From IMG/VR virus record IMGVR_UViG_3300044513_002407: a stretch of 64,000 nt of DNA. The stretch is one strand, 5' to 3'. The notes under the pieces are model-generated. The model saw nothing but the letters and a program-made list of their open reading frames with translations, was not told the origin of the DNA and ran no database searches. Source of the stretch: an uncultured virus (IMG/VR IMGVR_UViG_3300044513_002407) (lineage: Duplodnaviria > Heunggongvirae > Uroviricota > Caudoviricetes). The position numbers were made by a program, and so were the translations under genes. Shown piece by piece: positions 57,998 to 64,000 of this stretch; position 1 is the stretch's first letter; every line of letters begins with the position of its first letter.

Positions 57998-60900
57998 GCT
58001 AGAGCTATGCATCTTAAATCTTGTAATACTGGAGTTTCTGAAGTGTTTCTAGATCTCAATCTAACCTTCACTGCATATTTAGTGAAGGTATCATCTCCAG
58101 TCAATTCTTTAGTATATGAATACTCCTTATAATCCTCTTCACTCTTAGTGCCTGAATAATCATTTGCGGTCAACTCTTCCCAAGCAATAACATTTGGATT
58201 AGATTCATCACCAGTTAAGAGTTTGATGTAAACATCAATATCAGTATTAGCACTATTGAATGCAGTAGTTAAAATCTTCAGTGAAGTACATTCGTTCGCA
58301 AGTGTAATGTATTTGGTGATGTAGTTAGCAGCATTAAAATCATACTTAGCACTTTGACCGATATTGTAAGTACCAGTATCATTAAAGAAATACTCATTAT
58401 CAAAAGTACCATCAAAATCACAAATTCTATTGGCAGTGGTAATTACGCTAATTCTGTCAGTATCAATGACAGGACTTAAGTTATCCGCAGTACTTGACAG
58501 AGTAAATCTAAGTTCAAATGATTTTGCTTCAGACATCTGACGATCTTCGTTGATGCTAGATGCAATCAGTTTTGGTGAGGTAAACCAATTAGTAGCATTC
58601 AAATTAACTTCACGATAACTTCCATCTTTCAGGTATGACCTGTTTGAAGTTGCCAATGAAACACTTGTGGTTGGATCTGAGTGGGAAGAATCACCAAGGG
58701 AAGTAGCAGAAGTTGTTTTAATTTCAGCAGTAAGTTCAGTTCCTGGAAGTTCTTTATAAGAAACCATAGGTTCAATATAATTGTACTGAAGATTAGTACT
58801 TGCAGTAGCATTCTCACCACCAAAGGTGGTATTTAAATCATCAATGTTTCTTCTAAGAGTTCCAAGGTTAATTTGATAACTGTCTAAAGTAATATACTTC
58901 AGAGATGAGTGAGTAGTATTAATCTTAGTCAGAGGAATACCATTCTTGACATATAATTCTACTTTCCACTTATCAGCAGATTTAAATCCACCTGATGGAA
59001 CTGATTCGGTGCTAATTTTTTCAATTAACTGAATATAATACATTCCAGTAGTACCGTCAACGGCACTTACAGCAGATGGATCATAGGAGTAGATATAATC
59101 TCCAATCTTTAAGTAACCTGGATTACTTGCAGATGGTGCTGCACCGAGAATACCATTTCTTGTAGGAGATACTGTTTGATCATAAGCAAGTTCATTAGAA
59201 TCTTCGTGGAAAAGATCTCTGTTACCTTTCAATCTAATAGCATTATTTGGAATGCCTCCAGTTGTTCCACCTGCACCTACTTGACCATTCCAGTTAGAAT
59301 ACAGATCAGCATAAATTTCTGTGCTGACTCCTTTAATTTCAACAAATGAAGCATTATCATACATGTTGTGGTTTGCATGATGAACCTTCATATATCCATT
59401 ACCTGTACTTGTATTAGTATAGTTAATAGTTAATTCAATAGGATCAGGTCTGAGTTTCTTGAAGAACAGATTACCAGAATTGTCATTTACAAAATCAATT
59501 TGTGGTTTTTCATTGATCTTAAACTTACATCTGTAAATCTTGAACTTCATATCTTGATATTCAGCAGTAGTCCAAGTAGATGCGTTTTGAGATTTAAACA
59601 ATACGCCTGCGTATGGTTGCTTAGAGATTCTCTCGCCACTCAAATCATCTTTGCCCATTTCAGACAACCATACATTGTACTCAACTGATGCGGTTAAAAG
59701 AACAAAGCAATACTCTTTTCTTTCTGCCAAATATACTGGGGTTGTGAATACAAATGTGGTAGATACACTAGCATCATCAGAAGTAGATACATCAGATGGA
59801 TCCTTATTGATGGTAGCAAGAACTGTAGGAGATGGATATCCATTTACCATCTCTCTAATCTGCATGGTGACGGGCAGATTATCATCCTTGGTTCTGAAGT
59901 ACACATCAATTTTGCTAATAAAACAACCACCTGCATTCTCAATTAAGAATGATTGTGCTAATGGGTCATACCAACCACTATCTCTTGTACTTGAACTACT
60001 TGATGTTACGATTCTGTTGTCAGTTACAGTATCTTGAGTAATCTCAGCATTTCTAACCAGAAGAGTATCTGTCTGCTTAGACAAGATAGTTCCTCTTGCA
60101 CTGTAAACTCCTTCAGCAGAACTATCTACAACACCTGGAATTACTGAGTTTTCCTTACTATCAGTCAGTTTGAGAACTGAGTCACCGACAGCCCATCTAG
60201 GATTGCCTTCGACATTTGGATCTGGAATATAAACACTGACGCGAAGGTTGCCCTTTTCATCGGCAATTAAACGCTTTTTAGTTACAGTTGCAGTAGCACC
60301 ACTAGTAAGACCTAAGATTTTATCACCTTCCAGTAAGTATCCACCATAAGGAGATCCATCCAGTTCATTCATGGATTCAATATTAATATTCAAGAATGTA
60401 GATGATGCTGTGTATGCAGTTGCAGTAATAGCATTTCCAGTATATGGATCAACTTCATATGGTTTATCTAATCTAGCAATTCCTGCTTTTGGTGCGCTAA
60501 GAGTTGCTCTGAACTTTCTACCACTAATAGTACCAGAAAGTACAATATCTTCACCTGCTTGGAATGCACCACTTCCAGAAGTCATTTGAATACCAATGAT
60601 CTTTGGAGTAGTGTATGCTTCTACTGATTTACCCTCTAAGAATGGATAAACTCTTACATTTGGTTTTAATCTAAATGCTGTAGAAGCAATATTTCTAGAT
60701 CTCTTCCATCTTGCATACTTAGTATCAACTACTCTGTCACCGAGTACAACAGTATCATAAGTAGGAGTGACACTAGATCTTACACCACTTCTAGTTTGAG
60801 CAGTTGTTGTAGTAGTTGTTGTAGTAGTAATCTGTCTTACATAAGGATGCTGATCTCTTCTCAAATTCTGAGTAGAAGATGAAGTTCTACTACCAGTCCA

Positions 60901-63900
60901 TTGAGTTTCCCATGCACCCCATTCAGTTGGAGCAAATCCAGTGTTAGGATCTACGTCCAGTGCATACAGAGTTGCTGTATAGTCACCTTCAACTTCTGTG
61001 ACAGTATCTGGTAATCTATTTTCATCAATCCAATCATCAGATGCTGGGAAGATCTGCATCAAACCAACCCAAGATACAACAGCAAATGGGTTTACGTTTT
61101 CTGAAACCGCTGCATATGGTTGTTCAATGATTAACTGATCAGTATAATCAAGCATGATCAAGTCACCCTTGATATAATTTGATGGGGTGGTCTTATAACT
61201 TAAGGTGCTGTTTGTTGTATAGTGTTGGGGTCTTAGTTCTCCATAAGTAGCACTGATAGAGCACTTATAGTTTGGATGACTTGGTTCTCCGATTGAATGA
61301 CTGGTAAAATTATCTACTAAGAATCCATTCTTTAATCTAGTATTTCCATTAGAATCAGTAATAAGAAGATTAGCAGTATCAGATTCAAGTAAACTCAATT
61401 GAGTATAATATTCAATATTTGTAATTCTTTTCTCTAAGAGACCAATGTCTCTCATTGTGTATCTCTTATTAGTTGCTCTTTCAAAATTAACCTTATTTAA
61501 ATCTCTAACATATGGTGGCATCGTAATGGTGCCAACTTTCATTGCATTTGCTAAAGATTCATCTGGTTTTGATGCAAGTAAAGATGGAATTCCTTTTTTA
61601 TTAATAAAGTTTCCATTCTTATCAAGATATAGATCATCAATTCTTCCAAGATAGTATTCAATATCACCATCAGTTGATCCTGTTGGCAGTAAATATTGAT
61701 TGAACTTATAGTTTGCATTAGTATAAGTCAATAATGTAGTACTAGATGCAATTTGGGTAGCATCAATCAAGAATGGATCTGAATAATCTCCATTTCCAGT
61801 AACTGCATTACTCTGATTGATTCTCCAGTCAAGAACATTACTTAAATATACTCTGGATTCATTTGTATCATAATAAGGGATCTCATCATAAGTGGTGTCA
61901 TAATAAGAGTTAATAGTATAGAACTGACCATCAACAACATCTTCAAAATAATCAAATACTACCCATACCGTACCACTCAGAGCACTTTCACTTGATACTT
62001 TCTCTAAAGATGAATACTCAAAAGTATGATTAGTTTGACCATCATTTAATCTATATCTAGATTTAATATTAACTCCACCATTATTATCTACAGTACTAAT
62101 ATTTCTAGATGTTCCTGAGGTTAATCCTTTAATTTCTTCATTGTCCAGGAAAGTGATCGTGCTAATATAAACAAAATTTACTGTATTGCTATTTTGTCTA
62201 ATAATTCTTGCTTTTGCACCACTCTTTGTACCCTCAATAATTTCACCAATCTCAAAAGTTCCAGTAGCACCTACTAAAGTAATCTGTGGAATAACTGCAC
62301 CGATAGTATCACCAGTATAAATCGCATGAACCTTGTCTACTCTTGTTACTCCAAGAGGTAACAATGTGTCATTTACGTCATACTTGTTTGTAATATCTAC
62401 AAGTTTAACAATCCTCATTTTTTGATGTGAGGAAAGTGTTAATGTGGGAACACTAATTTTTTCAGGACCAATCAAAATAAATGCTGCATCGCCAGATCCA
62501 CTTCTACCACTTACAGTTCCACTAAGAGTACCTGTAGTTGGATCTCCAGTAACAGTAAAGGTAAGATCTGAAGAATTTTCTCCAGCTAATCTTACAGTAT
62601 AATCACCAGAAGTTGTCGAGAAATACTCTCTATTTGAGATAGTAATGCTGTTGCCAGAAGTAGTTCCAGCAGCATAAGTTAAAACTTGCTGTACTTTAAG
62701 ATCTGAAATGTTTTTAATTTCAGCATTTCCATATACTCTAAAGAAATGATCCTTAGCAGAACCAACATATTTACTAGCACTAGTGACTAGATCGTAGTTA
62801 CTAGATCCAACAGTAATTTTTGCTATATTACTTAGAGTATTAGTGCCAGTAAAGGAAATATTTGCTAATCTTACCAGATTATAAGTTGATCCTTCAGTGT
62901 ATGATTTAAAAATAGCATATCCAATTGTAGTTGACGAGCTATTTTTTAAAGTGACAATTCTATCACCAGTGAGTTCACTATTTAAATCAGTTTGACTAAT
63001 TCTAGTCGTACCTGCTAATCTAAATGCAACTCCTGCACCATTAGTACTAATAGTTTTGTTCTGTATAGATTCTGATGTTCTTGGTTTTTCAATATCTACA
63101 TATGTGTTTGAAATAGTTTCAATTTCATATCCTCTTACATATGCTTTACCAGGAGACACTACAACTTCAAATAAATTGTTAGTTGCAATATTGTCTTGAT
63201 TAGTTTTTTCACCTAATTTAAAGACACCATTATTGATACCATTATCTACGCACTCAGCAAAGGAAAATCTGTATGGATTTACTTCATAATCTCCAGATTC
63301 ATCATAAGTTCTTCTTGCAAGAGTATCTTCTAAGGTCTTTGCAATCTGTGCTTTAGATGTGCTGACGATTTCCTTGACAACGCCATCTTCAATTTTAAGC
63401 AGCTCAATAAAATCAGTAGCAGTAGTATCGTCTAAACTCTTCTTGACTAATACTGCTTGTAACTTTAATCTGTGTGCTCCAGGTGCAGAATAGTTAGAAT
63501 ATCCCTGTGCTTGATCGTTAAGTGTAGGATCATCCTCTGGAGTTACAATCTCTTCTAGTACTTGAAGACCTACTTTATATGATGGATATGTTCCAAATTG
63601 ATCAAGAATAATCTCTTGCTCTTTAACAGTTACAAAATAACCCTTGACAAAATAGATACCTGTTGTAATCTTAGCAGCAGAACCAACATGAGTTGACTGT
63701 GATGTAATACACTTGGCAAAATCAGTATTTGCTTGAATTACTGTAGTTCCAACAGAAAATGCTTGCTCAGTAATTAAAATCTCATCATCTAAGAAAGTGG
63801 TGTATTGAGTTTCTGTAGTTTCATCAGTAGATCCAGAATTAATATATTTGATGTAGAGGGTGGTCTTACCCTTTTCTGATGCTTCGCTGGAGATGGCATT

Positions 63901-64000
63901 TACTACACGTGCTCTAACTCCAGAGGTATTTCCCTTGATTACCTTCCCTACAATAACAGGAACATTATTAACTTGATTTGCTACAAGCAATCCAGAGTCA
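57994..64000 (-). CDS. Large virion structural protein, VrlC/DUF4815-like (5' end outside the window)
   Basis: GIYFVKGYFV, NYSAPGAHRLK, LARRTYDESGDY, PGKAYVRGYE, RYTMRDIG.LEKRI, KNGFLVDNF, DPLAQSF, GVLFKSQNASTW; frame open to window edge. Confidence 0.9.
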   Translation of the reverse strand, partial: DSGLLVANQVNNVPVIVGKVIKGNTSGVRARVVNAISSEASEKGKTTLYIKYINSGSTDETTETQYTTFLDDEILITEQAFSVGTTVIQANTDFAKCITSQSTHVGSAAKITTGIYFVKGYFVTVKEQEIILDQFGTYPSYKVGLQVLEEIVTPEDDPTLNDQAQGYSNYSAPGAHRLKLQAVLVKKSLDDTTATDFIELLKIEDGVVKEIVSTSKAQIAKTLEDTLARRTYDESGDYEVNPYRFSFAECVDNGINNGVFKLGEKTNQDNIATNNLFEVVVSPGKAYVRGYEIETISNTYVDIEKPRTSESIQNKTISTNGAGVAFRLAGTTRISQTDLNSELTGDRIVTLKNSSSTTIGYAIFKSYTEGSTYNLVRLANISFTGTNTLSNIAKITVGSSNYDLVTSASKYVGSAKDHFFRVYGNAEIKNISDLKVQQVLTYAAGTTSGNSITISNREYFSTTSGDYTVRLAGENSSDLTFTVTGDPTTGTLSGTVSGRSGSGDAAFILIGPEKISVPTLTLSSHQKMRIVKLVDITNKYDVNDTLLPLGVTRVDKVHAIYTGDTIGAVIPQITLVGATGTFEIGEIIEGTKSGAKARIIRQNSNTVNFVYISTITFLDNEEIKGLTSGTSRNISTVDNNGGVNIKSRYRLNDGQTNHTFEYSSLEKVSSESALSGTVWVVFDYFEDVVDGQFYTINSYYDTTYDEIPYYDTNESRVYLSNVLDWRINQSNAVTGNGDYSDPFLIDATQIASSTTLLTYTNANYKFNQYLLPTGSTDGDIEYYLGRIDDLYLDKNGNFINKKGIPSLLASKPDESLANAMKVGTITMPPYVRDLNKVNFERATNKRYTMRDIGLLEKRITNIEYYTQLSLLESDTANLLITDSNGNTRLKNGFLVDNFTSHSIGEPSHPNYKCSISATYGELRPQHYTTNSTLSYKTTPSNYIKGDLIMLDYTDQLIIEQPYAAVSENVNPFAVVSWVGLMQIFPASDDWIDENRLPDTVTEVEGDYTATLYALDVDPNTGFAPTEWGAWETQWTGSRTSSSTQNLRRDQHPYVRQITTTTTTTTTAQTRSGVRSSVTPTYDTVVLGDRVVDTKYARWKRSRNIASTAFRLKPNVRVYPFLEGKSVEAYTTPKIIGIQMTSGSGAFQAGEDIVLSGTISGRKFRATLSAPKAGIARLDKPYEVDPYTGNAITATAYTASSTFLNINIESMNELDGSPYGGYLLEGDKILGLTSGATATVTKKRLIADEKGNLRVSVYIPDPNVEGNPRWAVGDSVLKLTDSKENSVIPGVVDSSAEGVYSARGTILSKQTDTLLVRNAEITQDTVTDNRIVTSSSSSTRDSGWYDPLAQSFLIENAGGCFISKIDVYFRTKDDNLPVTMQIREMVNGYPSPTVLATINKDPSDVSTSDDASVSTTFVFTTPVYLAERKEYCFVLLTASVEYNVWLSEMGKDDLSGERISKQPYAGVLFKSQNASTWTTAEYQDMKFKIYRCKFKINEKPQIDFVNDNSGNLFFKKLRPDPIELTINYTNTSTGNGYMKVHHANHNMYDNASFVEIKGVSTEIYADLYSNWNGQVGAGGTTGGIPNNAIRLKGNRDLFHEDSNELAYDQTVSPTRNGILGAAPSASNPGYLKIGDYIYSYDPSAVSAVDGTTGMYYIQLIEKISTESVPSGGFKSADKWKVELYVKNGIPLTKINTTHSSLKYITLDSYQINLGTLRRNIDDLNTTFGGENATASTNLQYNYIEPMVSYKELPGTELTAEIKTTSATSLGDSSHSDPTTSVSLATSNRSYLKDGSYREVNLNATNWFTSPKLIASSINEDRQMSEAKSFELRFTLSSTADNLSPVIDTDRISVITTANRICDFDGTFDNEYFFNDTGTYNIGQSAKYDFNAANYITKYITLANECTSLKILTTAFNSANTDIDVYIKLLTGDESNPNVIAWEELTANDYSGTKSEEDYKEYSYTKELTGDDTFTKYAVKVRLRSRNTSETPVLQDLRCIALA

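Noticed and set aside
1..64000. tRNA genes, CRISPR arrays, introns/inteins, DGR template repeats
   Set aside because: No cloverleaf, spaced direct repeats, interrupted core genes, reverse transcriptase or nucleotide-level duplications seen by eye; intergenic gaps are short

Overview
64 kb of a T4-like cyanophage (cyanomyovirus) genome. Almost every real gene is on the minus strand. From window start: g62 (partial), dam, a putative PD-(D/E)xK nuclease, g44, speD, g45, pebS, the cobS-type AAA+/vWA-peptidase pair, g46/g47, g55, uvsW/uvsY, the head/tail/packaging cluster (g3, g23, g22, g21, g20, g19, g18, g17, g16, g15, g14, g13), a 2OG-Fe(II) oxygenase, and a ~34 kb block of fibre/baseplate proteins ending in a partial VrlC-like gene. 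Most interesting signal: the 3469-aa fibre protein carries four helical repeats that align by eye to phycobiliprotein (globin-fold) subunits, keeping both bilin-attachment-like cysteines. The genome also encodes the bilin synthase PebS, and the neighbouring fibre has an intact type-1 copper motif. Several compact regulatory elements are visible: an NtcA-type promoter, back-to-back sigma70 promoters at g55, nested early/late promoters, and promoters overlapping terminators. All calls are by-eye motif recognition; no searches were run.
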